Below, one piece after another: positions 35,928 through 44,873 of a DNA stretch of 64,000 bases. Source of the DNA: Escherichia phage vB_VIPECOMC06. The position numbers and the translations under genes were made by a program. The notes under the pieces were generated by a model. The model was not told the DNA's origin. It worked only from the letters and a program-made list of their open reading frames with translations, and made no database searches. The stretch lies in the sequence record PQ416618.1. One strand, given 5' to 3'. The number at the start of each line of letters is the position of its first letter. The stretch's first letter is position 1.

Positions 35928-36863
35928 ATGTACAATATCAAATGCTTGTCCCAAGAAGAACAGTTAGAAGCTTACGACCTGGTCAAATCAGGCAAATGGA
36001 CCCGTAAAGAAATTGCCGATTACTTCGACATTTCAACAGATACTCTTCGTAAGATTGTTAAGAATTTTAAAGCTGAAGAGAAAGCAGCTGAATTTGAAGA
36101 CGAAGAACAGGTCCCAGAAAATAATGAACCTATTATTACAGGTCATCGTCCAGAAATCGTATGGAACGCGTCATCTAAATTTATTTCAATCATTGAAGGA
36201 CGCGTAGCATACAATGCGACCCCATCAAGTCATGCAAATTTTGAAGAAATTAAAGCTAATTTGGTCGCAGGAAACCTTAGTAAAGCTGTCGAACTTATTA
36301 ACATCAAGAAAGCTATTAGTAAGTTTGTTGACGGTAATGTTGTTATTGAAGGTGGTAGTTTATTTTATCAAGGTATAGAGATTCGTTCTGGCCTGGTTAA
36401 TCGTATTATTGATTCTATGGAAAAAGGCGAAGACTTTAAATTCTATCTGCCATTCCTTGAAAACCTGTTAGAAAACCCAAGCGAAAAAGCTGTACAACGT
36501 TTATTCGACTTCTTGGTTGCAAATGATATTGAAATCACTGAAGATGGGCATTTCTATGCATGGAAAGTAGTTCGTAAAGACTATTTAGATTGCTATAGCG
36601 GCACATTTGATAACTCGCCTGGTAAAATTGTTTCAATGCCTCGTACTCGTGTTAACGATGATGATACACAAACTTGTTCCCGTGGTCTACATGTTTGTGC
36701 TAAATCATATATTCGTTACTTTGGTTCTAGCTCAGATAAAGTTGTTAAGGTTAAAGTTCATCCACGTGATGTTGTATCTATCCCAGTTGACTATGGTGAT
36801 GCTAAGATGCGTACTTGTCGTTATGAAGTAATTTCAGACGTTACTGAATTATTTGCAGAATAA
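35928..36863 (+). CDS. rIIB: rIIB protein
   Basis: 311 aa; MYNIKCLSQEEQ... and the conserved C-terminal half (PRTRVNDDDTQTCSRGLHVC) match T4 rIIB. Confidence 0.9.
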   Translation: MYNIKCLSQEEQLEAYDLVKSGKWTRKEIADYFDISTDTLRKIVKNFKAEEKAAEFEDEEQVPENNEPIITGHRPEIVWNASSKFISIIEGRVAYNATPSSHANFEEIKANLVAGNLSKAVELINIKKAISKFVDGNVVIEGGSLFYQGIEIRSGLVNRIIDSMEKGEDFKFYLPFLENLLENPSEKAVQRLFDFLVANDIEITEDGHFYAWKVVRKDYLDCYSGTFDNSPGKIVSMPRTRVNDDDTQTCSRGLHVCAKSYIRYFGSSSDKVVKVKVHPRDVVSIPVDYGDAKMRTCRYEVISDVTELFAE

Positions 36864-36868
36864 TAATT

Positions 36869-36890
36869 GGGGACTTCGGTCCCCTTTTTT
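36869..36890 (+). terminator. Rho-independent terminator after rIIB (ggggacTTCGgtcccc plus T6)
   Basis: 6-bp GC stem with UUCG loop, then TTTTTT. Confidence 0.85.
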
Positions 36891-36904
36891 CTTTAGGGGT
36901 AATT

Positions 36905-37192
36905 ATGATTCATCCATTTGACGTATCAGAATCCAAAATTGCTAATCTTCGTGGTCATCATAAGTGTAAATCAGTTTATTGTGCTAAATTGGTAAAACAT
37001 CCTGGTGATGCACACTACGGCTGGTTAGAATGCGACGAAGTTGTTATTGAAATTCCGCCTGTAGATGCAGAATATCTTGAAGAAGGTGACCGCATTTATT
37101 TTGGCGAACTACACATTAGAGGTATCTATGGTAAAGACGAACTTGGGACTGTTGAGACTGAAGAATCTTCCGACATTTATCCTGTCGAATGA
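36905..37192 (+). CDS. Hypothetical acidic protein (95 aa)
   Basis: ATG after the terminator; overlaps in another frame with the long track ORF 37065..37685. Confidence 0.45.
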   Translation: MIHPFDVSESKIANLRGHHKCKSVYCAKLVKHPGDAHYGWLECDEVVIEIPPVDAEYLEEGDRIYFGELHIRGIYGKDELGTVETEESSDIYPVE

Positions 37193-37208
37193 GTTTTTGA
37201 CTAGTGAA

Positions 37209-37685
37209 ATGAAGGTGAAGATTGCTGACACTGCTCGGTATTCCCTGAGCCAAAATCCTGGCCAAAACAAAGAAGATGTAGTTCGACGTTGTAAGGTTGC
37301 GGTCTTTGCAGAGTATGTAGTAGCAAATTGGCTAGACGGGTATGTTAATAAAGGTATTGAAGACGTAGAAGACCCGTACACGTATGCATGGGACGTGTTA
37401 GCCCATCCCAAGTATTGTGGAATTCGTGTAGAAGTCAAGACGCACCAGATAGATTCTAAATGGATTTCGGTTACCACAGGATACAGTGGTGATTATCCGG
37501 GTGGTAATGGAATCAATATAGGGCCCTTCTTGAACCATCGAGTCGCAGATTGCATTATTATATTAGATGTCAAAGAAACCTCACCTGACGTCTTCTCTTA
37601 TTCTATAAAGTTCGTGGGAGACCATGAAGACCTAAAGAAAATCGTCCGCAAGAGCAACTACAACGGGTGGTATCTTCAACTTTAA
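37209..37685 (+). CDS. Hypothetical protein (158 aa); possible PD-(D/E)xK-like motif; start uncertain
   Basis: First ATG after the upstream stop in this frame; D...EVK pattern (AWDVLAHPKYCGIRVEVKT); the track extends to 37065, overlapping the previous ORF. Confidence 0.35.
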   Translation: MKVKIADTARYSLSQNPGQNKEDVVRRCKVAVFAEYVVANWLDGYVNKGIEDVEDPYTYAWDVLAHPKYCGIRVEVKTHQIDSKWISVTTGYSGDYPGGNGINIGPFLNHRVADCIIILDVKETSPDVFSYSIKFVGDHEDLKKIVRKSNYNGWYLQL

Positions 37686-37696
37686 TTTCATAAAGT

Positions 37697-37726
37697 GTTT
37701 ACAACTAAGTAGGACTATGATATAGT
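37697..37726 (+). promoter_or_regulatory. T4-type early promoter with palindrome aggacta / tagtcct straddling the -10
   Basis: GTTTAC 37697-37702, 18-nt spacer, TGaTATAGT 37718-37726; inverted repeat 37711-37717 / 37726-37732. Confidence 0.55.
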
Positions 37727-37752
37727 AGTCCTATCTAAAAGAGGATAACATC

Positions 37753-38016
37753 ATGAAATTTAAATTTTTCTACGCAAAACATAAAGTAACAGGCGAATTT
37801 GTTTCAATGTACAACACTGCAGATGACGAAGGGATGATTTATACCCATTTGGGACTATCTCATTGGGACTCGGACGTGCCTTATATGTCATCTGAAGCCG
37901 AAATAACTCGTCTGGTTAATGGACATATGAACGACCATTTTGGTGTTATTCTTTCTAAAGACCTTAAAGAGGTTATCAACAAAGGATATATGGAACTCGC
38001 GGAAGTTGAGATATGA
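37753..38016 (+). CDS. Hypothetical protein (87 aa)
   Basis: RBS agaggat; early promoter upstream. Confidence 0.45.
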   Translation: MKFKFFYAKHKVTGEFVSMYNTADDEGMIYTHLGLSHWDSDVPYMSSEAEITRLVNGHMNDHFGVILSKDLKEVINKGYMELAEVEI

Positions 38017-38205
38017 GCTCTAAAACGTGGATCGGAATATGGCTGCTTAGTATCCCTATGATTTGTATAATATTTTCAATTGCATTGAGGTACTTATGAA
38101 AAATGCACTTATTGTACTAAGAACAATTTGCGATACAGGTTTTTACATCGCATGTTCGTTCACTGGAACATGGTTGGCTTTAACATATTTTAATGTAATT
38201 TAATT

Positions 38206-38235
38206 GTTTACAACAAGGTAGGATTATGGTATAGT
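38206..38235 (+). promoter_or_regulatory. T4-type early promoter with imperfect palindrome aggatta / tagtcct around the -10
   Basis: GTTTAC 38206-38211, 18-nt spacer, TGgTATAGT 38227-38235. Confidence 0.55.
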
Positions 38236-38263
38236 AGTCCTACTGGAACATGAGGAACACAAA

Positions 38264-38464
38264 ATGGCTAAGCTTTTTAAAGATGTTGAAATTGGTGAAA
38301 AATTTGTTCTGAATAATGGTCAGCAGCTTATTCGTGTAGCTTCTATCGCCGGACAAACTCATAACTGTATCGCCCCAACGTGTTGGACTCGATTCTTTAT
38401 TGAAGATGACACTGAATGTTTAACTGTTGAAGAGCTTTTTGAACGTTCTGATATAGCCGAATAA
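38264..38464 (+). CDS. Hypothetical protein (66 aa)
   Basis: RBS gaggaac; early promoter upstream. Confidence 0.4.
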   Translation: MAKLFKDVEIGEKFVLNNGQQLIRVASIAGQTHNCIAPTCWTRFFIEDDTECLTVEELFERSDIAE

Positions 38465-38540
38465 AATTGTACAAACTCTCGAGAGCAGAGTATAATGCTC
38501 TCATGGATTACAAAAACATTAATCAATTGAGGAAATTAGC

Positions 38541-38987
38541 ATGTCCAAATATTTAACTCGTAAAGACCTTCTGGCAGTTGGCGGTGAAGTTGTTGCAGTA
38601 GTTCGTAATGGCGAATACGGTTCTGAAGTTTCTAAAGAGTTTCGTTCTCGTGAAGGTTTTTACTTCTTTGTTAAAGGTTCATCTGATTGGCGTCAAGTAG
38701 CAGCACGATTCTTTGTAGGACGTCAACGTTCTAAACAAGGGTTGGATGCAATTCTTTCTCACATTCGTCAAGGCCGTTCGCAACTAGCCCGTACTATGGG
38801 CACTAACAATATTGAATATGATGTAATCTTTGTTGCAGCTAAGAACATGAAACCCCTGACTACTGGTTACGGTAAAGGACAATTGGCTCTGGCATTCACT
38901 CGCAATCATACATCAGAATATCAAACACTCACTGAAATGAACCGTCTTCTGGCAGATAATTTCAAATTCATTCTGCAGAGTTACTAA
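38541..38987 (+). CDS. ndd: Ndd-like (nucleoid disruption) protein, by position and size
   Basis: 148 aa between rIIB and 52; RBS gaggaaat; motif region [11 protein letters not shown]...[18 protein letters not shown] resembles T4 Ndd as I recall it. Confidence 0.45.
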   Translation: MSKYLTRKDLLAVGGEVVAVVRNGEYGSEVSKEFRSREGFYFFVKGSSDWRQVAARFFVGRQRSKQGLDAILSHIRQGRSQLARTMGTNNIEYDVIFVAAKNMKPLTTGYGKGQLALAFTRNHTSEYQTLTEMNRLLADNFKFILQSY

Positions 38988-38994
38988 TTTATAC

Positions 38995-39027
38995 AGGCCT
39001 ATTAAGCTAGGCCTTTAATTTATTTTT
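38995..39027 (+). terminator. Rho-independent terminator after the ndd-like gene
   Basis: aggccta-ttaagc-taggcct hairpin followed by ttaatttattttt. Confidence 0.6.
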
Positions 39028-39039
39028 GAGGTAATTAAA

Positions 39040-39189
39040 ATGGTAGCATGGATTATTGCATTGCTGTGTTGGTCGTTTTTATTCGTTAACACTTTAGTTA
39101 CAGGCGAAACAACAGTATTTCAACAGGCTGTGTCACAAGGTACCTTAGCGGTCTTAGCTCTTCTTAACGTATTAAAAGGCGAGCAATGA
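39040..39189 (+). CDS. Small hydrophobic peptide (49 aa), not in the ORF track
   Basis: MVAWIIALLCWSFLFVNTLV...; ATG 12 nt after the terminator; ATGA-coupled to the next small ORF. Confidence 0.3.
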   Translation: MVAWIIALLCWSFLFVNTLVTGETTVFQQAVSQGTLAVLALLNVLKGEQ

Positions 39190-39326
39190 TTAAGAAAATC
39201 TTAGCAGGAGCCTTCGGGCTCTTGTTGTTGCTTACTGTTCTGTACTACGGTGTGATGTTTGGGCTAATCCAAGTAGTGCTTTTCATTTCGGATGTTATAA
39301 TGGTTATTCGTTCATTAGTATGGTGA
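39186..39326 (+). CDS. Small hydrophobic peptide (46 aa), not in the ORF track
   Basis: MIKKILAGAFGLLLLLTVLYYGVMFGLIQVVLFI...; ends 4 nt before the gene 52 ATG. Confidence 0.3.
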   Translation: MIKKILAGAFGLLLLLTVLYYGVMFGLIQVVLFISDVIMVIRSLVW

Positions 39327-39330
39327 AAAT

Positions 39331-40656
39331 ATGCAATTGAATTCTCGTAATCTAAAAAGTATTATTGATAACGAAGCCTTAGCATATGCGATGTACACCG
39401 TTGAAAACCGTGCAATCCCAAACATGATTGATGGATTTAAGCCGGTTCAACGTTTTGTGGTTCATCGTGCGTTAGATTTGGCTCGTGGTAATAAAGAAAA
39501 ATTTCATAAACTTGCGTCAATTGCAGGCGGTGTTGCAGATTTAGGTTATCATCATGGCGAATCTTCTGCACAAGATGCAGGTGCATTGATGGCTAACACA
39601 TGGAACAACAACTATCCACTGTTAGATGGCCAAGGCAACTTTGGTTCTCGAACAGTCCAAAAAGCTGCAGCATCTCGTTATATTTTTGCTCGTGTAAGTA
39701 AAAATTTCTATAACGTATATAAAGATACTGAATATGCTCCAGCTCATGAAGATAAAGAACACATTCCACCAAAATTCTATCTTCCTATTATTCCGACAGT
39801 TCTTTTGAATGGTGTCTCTGGTATTGCAACCGGTTACGCAACAAATATTCTGCCTCATAGTTTTAAAACAGTCAAAAAGGCTGTATTACAAGCTCTTCAA
39901 GGTAAAAATGTCACTAAGCCAAAAGTTGAATTCCCGGAATTCCGTGGTGAAGTACATGAAGTTGATGGGCGTTATGAGATTCACGGAACATATAAGTTCA
40001 CATCTCGCACTCAAATGCAGATAACTGAAATCCCATATAAATTCGACCGTGAAACGTATGTGAGTAAGGTTCTTGACCCGTTGGAAGACAAAGGTCTAAT
40101 CTCATGGGAAGATGATTGCGGTGAACACGGCTTTGGGTTTAAGGTGAAGTTCCGTAAAGAGTACTCGCTTCCTGATGATGAAGAGCTACGTCATGAAAAA
40201 ATCATGAAAGATTTTAGTCTCATCGAACGTCGTTCACAAAACATCACAGTGATTAATGAAAAGGGTAAATTAGCGGTCTATGATAACGTAGTGGACTTAA
40301 TCAAAGATTTTGTTGAAGTCCGTAAGACTTACGTTCAAAAACGTATTGACAACAAAATCCTTGAATCTGAAAAAGCATTTAAACTGGCTTTTGCTAAGGC
40401 ACACTTCATCAAAAAAGTTATTACAGGTGAAATTGTGATTCAGGGCAAGACTCGTAAAGCTTTGACTGAAGAGCTAGCACAAATCGAAATGTACAAAGAA
40501 CATGTCGATAAACTGGTAGGCCTTAACATCTTCCATATCACTTCCGACGAAGCACGTAAACTGGCAGAAGAAGCTAAAGCTAAGAAAGAAGAAAATGAGT
40601 ATTGGAAGTCTACCGATGTTGTGACAGAGTACACTAAAGACTTGGAGGCACTTTGA
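39331..40656 (+). CDS. 52: Topoisomerase II medium subunit gp52 (GyrA-like)
   Basis: 441 aa; GyrA N-terminal-like region with ...AASRYIFARVS; T4 gp52 length. Confidence 0.9.
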   Translation: MQLNSRNLKSIIDNEALAYAMYTVENRAIPNMIDGFKPVQRFVVHRALDLARGNKEKFHKLASIAGGVADLGYHHGESSAQDAGALMANTWNNNYPLLDGQGNFGSRTVQKAAASRYIFARVSKNFYNVYKDTEYAPAHEDKEHIPPKFYLPIIPTVLLNGVSGIATGYATNILPHSFKTVKKAVLQALQGKNVTKPKVEFPEFRGEVHEVDGRYEIHGTYKFTSRTQMQITEIPYKFDRETYVSKVLDPLEDKGLISWEDDCGEHGFGFKVKFRKEYSLPDDEELRHEKIMKDFSLIERRSQNITVINEKGKLAVYDNVVDLIKDFVEVRKTYVQKRIDNKILESEKAFKLAFAKAHFIKKVITGEIVIQGKTRKALTEELAQIEMYKEHVDKLVGLNIFHITSDEARKLAEEAKAKKEENEYWKSTDVVTEYTKDLEAL

Positions 40657-40732
40657 GTGCCCTAGCCTTAGGATTTCTCGGTGCAATAGCTGCACTAGTG
40701 ATTTGGCTGTATCGGTTGGACAAACATGATTA

Positions 40733-40752
40733 GGGAGCTTCGGCTCCCTTTT
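40733..40752 (+). terminator. Rho-independent terminator after gene 52 (gggagcTTCGgctccc plus TTTT)
   Basis: 6-bp GC stem with UUCG loop followed by ttttg. Confidence 0.7.
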
Positions 40753-40773
40753 GTGCATTTTTCTCACAAAACA

Positions 40774-40802
40774 GTTTACATGTGCTTCAAACATGATATT
40801 AT
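40774..40802 (+). promoter_or_regulatory. T4-type early promoter (-35 GTTTAC, extended -10 TGaTATTAT) for motA
   Basis: GTTTAC 40774-40779, 17-nt spacer, TATTAT 40797-40802. Confidence 0.55.
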
Positions 40803-40841
40803 AGACCTATCAAAACAAAACAACCAAATTGGAGAAATAAA

Positions 40842-41474
40842 ATGTCTAAAGTTACTTACATCATCAAAGCTTCTGAAAACGCTCTGAATGAAAAAACTGC
40901 TGCAATAATGGTTTATATCATTAAGAACAACTTCACCACTGCTGCCAATGTCCGTGAAGCTCTGGAAGCGGAATACAATGCATCAGTTGTTAACTCTAAC
41001 ATTGGTGTATTGATTAAGAAAGGTTTAGTCGAAAAATCCGGTGATGGACTTATAGCAACAGGCGAAGCAATGGATATTATCCAAAAAGCTGCAGACCTCT
41101 TTGCCCAAGAAAATGCTCCAGAACTTCTTCAGAAACGTAACACTAGAAAAGCACGTGGAGTTACTCCTGAAATGCATGAATTAGCAAACTTTGTTTTTGA
41201 AAATATTAAAGATAAAGTTGAAGTTAAAGAAATTGGTGAAAACCGTAGTAACTTGGAAGTTCGATTTGCAAAACGAGTTCTAGGTATTCGTCAGATCGAA
41301 ATTCGTCGAGATGGTTGTCTTAGAATATTTGCATACAACATGTCAGAAACTGAATCAAAACTGTTTACTTCTCTTGAAAATGATGTTAAAATTAAGATCG
41401 GTGGTAAATATACTTACATTGACTTCCCTAATGTATCCAAAGAAATCATTACCCTTGTAACTAACGTACTGTGA
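40842..41474 (+). CDS. motA: MotA middle-transcription activator
   Basis: 210 aa; MSKVTYIIKASENALNEKTAAI...NSNIGVLIKKGLVEKSGDGLI matches T4 MotA as I recall it. Confidence 0.85.
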   Translation: MSKVTYIIKASENALNEKTAAIMVYIIKNNFTTAANVREALEAEYNASVVNSNIGVLIKKGLVEKSGDGLIATGEAMDIIQKAADLFAQENAPELLQKRNTRKARGVTPEMHELANFVFENIKDKVEVKEIGENRSNLEVRFAKRVLGIRQIEIRRDGCLRIFAYNMSETESKLFTSLENDVKIKIGGKYTYIDFPNVSKEIITLVTNVL

Positions 41475-41484
41475 GGAATACATA

Positions 41485-41829
41485 ATGAATAAGCTGAATA
41501 TTATTAACGAACTTCGTAAATGTGCAGAACCTACTCAGGAAGGATGGGATATTTGGTACCACGGGGCTTATTTAGGGACAATTGTAAAGATTAAAGCTGG
41601 GTTATATTTAATTATTCGCGAAAATTCTGAATTCCCTAATGGAGTAGCTCCTGGCGGTATACGTAAAAACTACATGGCAGCGATCAGTTCATTTGTTGAT
41701 GCAGCTTACGAAATCTATAAAGAAGATTATAAAGAATATCAGCAGTCACAACCGGTTATTCGTTCGATTGGTGTAAATAAACAAGCACAAAAATCTATTT
41801 GGCAACGTATTAAGGAATGGTTTAAATGA
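41485..41829 (+). CDS. Hypothetical protein (114 aa)
   Basis: RBS gaggaata; translationally coupled to the next ORF. Confidence 0.45.
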   Translation: MNKLNIINELRKCAEPTQEGWDIWYHGAYLGTIVKIKAGLYLIIRENSEFPNGVAPGGIRKNYMAAISSFVDAAYEIYKEDYKEYQQSQPVIRSIGVNKQAQKSIWQRIKEWFK

Positions 41830-42287
41830 AATCATTTAAAGAACGTTTAGAGCTATTAGATTTGGCCTTGTCTCGTGAGACTCCTGAAAGTCTAGCAGAA
41901 AAATTCCAGTCCTATGGTTATAATTATTCTGCTGATGATATAATGAATGAAGTTCCTGAAATCTGTTGGCAAACGTGTTATTGGAATAATGACCAAAAAG
42001 TTCAACGTGTTATAGTATGTGCAGCTAATAGGTTTAAATTGAAGAGTGGTGGAACTCTGGTTATTCCTGGAGTTCGTCATTACTCTAAAGATATGGCTGA
42101 AGTACTTGATATAGTTGGTCCTCAATTAGTCTCTCAACAAGTTTGTGGTGACGATCAAGGCTTTATCGACCAATACTCTAATTATTGGACTCGTGAAGAA
42201 GCAATGATTATTGCAACGTATGCTGGACAGGTACGTATTGAACGTGGCGGAAGCGAGAAAGAACTTTATTCAGAGGACCTTTATTAA
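41826..42287 (+). CDS. Hypothetical protein (153 aa)
   Basis: ATGA overlap with the upstream ORF. Confidence 0.45.
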   Translation: MKSFKERLELLDLALSRETPESLAEKFQSYGYNYSADDIMNEVPEICWQTCYWNNDQKVQRVIVCAANRFKLKSGGTLVIPGVRHYSKDMAEVLDIVGPQLVSQQVCGDDQGFIDQYSNYWTREEAMIIATYAGQVRIERGGSEKELYSEDLY

Positions 42288-42568
42288 TGAATATTAAACA
42301 ACTCCAGAAAGATGCTATTGAATCACGTATCCAAGATATCAAACGTCTTAATCATATGATGGAAGAAAACTATGGTATGTATGCTAATCAGCCTGGTTGG
42401 GACGCTTTAGACCATCCTTATTTGGTCAATTTATGTAAAGGTGATACGTTAGCAATTATTCGTGATGGGCTAAAACCTTTCTTGCGTGATATGTATATTA
42501 AAATGAACGAAGAAATTATTAGCTCGTTGCAATATCAATTAAGGAAATTAGATGATGAGAATAATTGA
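42287..42568 (+). CDS. Hypothetical protein (93 aa)
   Basis: TAATG overlap with the upstream ORF. Confidence 0.45.
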   Translation: MNIKQLQKDAIESRIQDIKRLNHMMEENYGMYANQPGWDALDHPYLVNLCKGDTLAIIRDGLKPFLRDMYIKMNEEIISSLQYQLRKLDDENN

Positions 42569-42779
42569 TTCTAAAGCAGATTATTTTAATTCTGTTAATG
42601 ATAAGAATAAAGCTTTAATTCGCCACTTTATTACTGAGATGGGATACACTGACTCTAAAGATTTGAAAGAGCACATTATCGAATGTTCTGTGGCTAAAAA
42701 GTTTTCTTTTACCGATAAATGTTTAAACGAGGTTATAAAGCATTATGAACAATCTTGTAGCAAAACACGATTTCAATAA
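42552..42779 (+). CDS. Hypothetical protein (75 aa)
   Basis: Overlaps the upstream ORF by 17 nt. Confidence 0.4.
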   Translation: MMRIIDSKADYFNSVNDKNKALIRHFITEMGYTDSKDLKEHIIECSVAKKFSFTDKCLNEVIKHYEQSCSKTRFQ

Positions 42780-42853
42780 GGCTTCTGTTCATAAGGACAA
42801 GAAGAAATCAGAACTTCAATCTAAACGCAAACAAAAACATAAGGGTAAAGACT

Positions 42854-43153
42854 ATGCTTACTAAAATCAAAGAAAATCCTGCCACTGAACTTGTTATTCG
42901 TTGTGAAGAACTTGCAGAGCTTTATCAGGTTAACCGAGAAGTGTATCGTAGTGTTATCATAGATATGGAAGATGAAGTCTGCTCTCGACTTGAGTTTAGT
43001 GTTGATTTCAGTCATTTTAAACCTGGTGAAATCACTATTGTATTTGGTTCTGACTACACCGAAGAACAGGCTCTTAATGCCCTAGAATATGAAATATCAT
43101 TCTTCGACATACAGGACTACATTGATAGTTATAAGGAACAATATGAGTCATAA
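42854..43153 (+). CDS. Hypothetical acidic protein (99 aa)
   Basis: ATG with upstream aagggtaaag. Confidence 0.45.
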   Translation: MLTKIKENPATELVIRCEELAELYQVNREVYRSVIIDMEDEVCSRLEFSVDFSHFKPGEITIVFGSDYTEEQALNALEYEISFFDIQDYIDSYKEQYES

Positions 43154-43304
43154 TCTTCAGAACGTAGTAGAGGCCGAACGTGAGCGTGAGGCTTTAGTCT
43201 ATAATGAACTATTAGCTCAGTTCTTAGCCTTACACTCGTATGAACAGGAAGACTATACCAATTACGTTAAAAGCGTAGAAAAAGCCGTTTACAATCAACA
43301 CTGA
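43143..43304 (+). CDS. Hypothetical protein (53 aa)
   Basis: Internal ATG of track ORF 43089..43304, overlapping the upstream stop region. Confidence 0.3.
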   Translation: MSHNLQNVVEAEREREALVYNELLAQFLALHSYEQEDYTNYVKSVEKAVYNQH

Positions 43305-43350
43305 TAATGGTACTATATCCATATCAACTAAGTGGAATGAATAAAACGTT

Positions 43351-43623
43351 ATGAATAAAGACATTGAAATCGTACGTGAAATTATTACTATTGCTTCTAT
43401 TTTGATTAAATTCTCTAGGGAAGATATTGTTGAAGACCGAGCAAGTTTCATCGGATTCTTGAATGAGATTGGAATTAAAAAAGATGGTCGGCAGCTAAAT
43501 CAGAATTCGTTCAGAAAACTAATTACAAATTTAACTGCCGAAGAAAAGAAAACACTGATTAGTGAATTCAACGAAGGTTTTGAAAATATTTATCGTCATT
43601 TAGCGATGTATTCTAACAACTAA
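43351..43623 (+). CDS. asiA: Anti-sigma-70 factor AsiA
   Basis: 90 aa; MNKDIEIVREIITIASILIKFSREDIVE... closely matches T4 AsiA as I recall it. Confidence 0.85.
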   Translation: MNKDIEIVREIITIASILIKFSREDIVEDRASFIGFLNEIGIKKDGRQLNQNSFRKLITNLTAEEKKTLISEFNEGFENIYRHLAMYSNN

Positions 43624-44283
43624 TTATTTGGCCCTTCCTAGTATTCGGATCGCTTGGTTGCATATAGCCGCTAAGCGATCTTCCTCAAGTATATTACTCC
43701 CCTTATACCAATACATCGTCACAGTTCCGGCATAGATGTTATCCAAATTAAAGTATGGACAACTATACATATAAGAAAGTTCAGCAGTCTTAGATTTTGT
43801 AGGCAAAAATGCAAATTCTGATTTAGATGAGAAATGACGGCCACTTAAATGAATTATATATTCATTGGCCGTTTTATCCACCGGGAATCCGCCAAGGGAC
43901 TTTTCAGAAATTGTGCTAGGTAGTTTGCCTTCATAAGCTATAAGGTCGACGAAATAATTTAAGTTTTTAGGTCTGAAAGAATACACAGCACTAAAATCTG
44001 CACCAGATGAGATATGAACTATTTGCAGTTGTTCTAGAGCCGCAGATTCAAAACGTAAAGCTCGTTCTTTTTGGATTATTTCAGTATAAGTATCATACTT
44101 AGCTCTTACGTAATAATCCAGCAAAATACTTCCTTTGTACCATATTAGTGCCATTAGGAACAAAAGAATAATTACCGCTACTCGTGACATTAAAACCTTT
44201 CCAGTAGCGTTATCTTTGAAAATACGATCTAGCAACCCAAATAGAATATCACTAGGCGAAGATGATACTTTTGGTGTTGCCAT
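43624..44283 (-). CDS. t: Holin T
   Basis: 219 aa; single N-terminal TM segment and large periplasmic domain; matches T4 holin T; convergent with asiA with no intergenic gap. Confidence 0.9.
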   Translation of the reverse strand: MATPKVSSSPSDILFGLLDRIFKDNATGKVLMSRVAVIILLFLMALIWYKGSILLDYYVRAKYDTYTEIIQKERALRFESAALEQLQIVHISSGADFSAVYSFRPKNLNYFVDLIAYEGKLPSTISEKSLGGFPVDKTANEYIIHLSGRHFSSKSEFAFLPTKSKTAELSYMYSCPYFNLDNIYAGTVTMYWYKGSNILEEDRLAAICNQAIRILGRAK

Positions 44284-44292
44284 AATACCTCC

Positions 44293-44844
44293 TTACTTAA
44301 AGATATTTATAATCGCTTTGACAATAGATTTGTTTTCAAGGTCAGGGAATTTGGGGAATTCACCGCCAAGATGTTCATGTTTTTCTAAAAGGGCAAAGAA
44401 TTTTTTGAGCTCTTTAAATTTTCGTTTTTCTTCTCTATTAGCAACCTCTGCGTCAATAAGAGAACTTAAAACACTGAATAATTTATAGAGTTCATGAATT
44501 TTCTTATCACGTTGAACTACGCGTTTATATGCTTCATCTTCCTTCCACCCGTCGTCGGTCCAAATGTCAAATTCGCCAGGTTCTTCTGTAGTAACATTTT
44601 GAAGAGCCCCTGGAGTGTCAATAACAATTTTTTGCTTATCATAAGTCCATACTGTTTTTCCGCGATGGTCTTCAACATAAACCCATTCTTGCTCGCGTTC
44701 GTCAAATATAACAGCATAGCCTTCTTTATGGTCTAAAGGTTTTTTTGGTGTCGAATGAGCCGGAAATCCTACGCCTTTTAATGGTTTATAATTTTCTTCT
44801 TTGTAAAATTCTTTAGTGTCAAAATAATAGTGATAGAGTTTCAT
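44293..44844 (-). CDS. 38: gp38 tail-fibre assembly chaperone (T4 type)
   Basis: 183 aa; MKLYHYYFDTKEFYKEENYKP... T4-type gp38. Confidence 0.85.
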   Translation of the reverse strand: MKLYHYYFDTKEFYKEENYKPLKGVGFPAHSTPKKPLDHKEGYAVIFDEREQEWVYVEDHRGKTVWTYDKQKIVIDTPGALQNVTTEEPGEFDIWTDDGWKEDEAYKRVVQRDKKIHELYKLFSVLSSLIDAEVANREEKRKFKELKKFFALLEKHEHLGGEFPKFPDLENKSIVKAIINIFK

Positions 44845-44853
44845 ATTATAAAA

Positions 44854-44867
44854 GGGACCGAAGTCCC
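44854..44867 (-). promoter_or_regulatory. Hairpin (gggacuUCGGuccc on the - strand) between the SD and AUG of gene 38: structured, split ribosome-binding site
   Basis: GGAG (revcomp of 44870-44873) lies about 25 nt from the gene 38 AUG with the 14-nt hairpin in between. Confidence 0.55.
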
Positions 44868-44873
44868 TTCTCC

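Noticed and set aside
43648-43680. 8-bp inverted repeat (gatcgctt ... aagcgatc) at the asiA / holin convergence point as a bidirectional terminator
   Set aside because: It lies inside the holin coding sequence, has a 17-nt loop and lacks U tracts on either strand; probably fortuitous.
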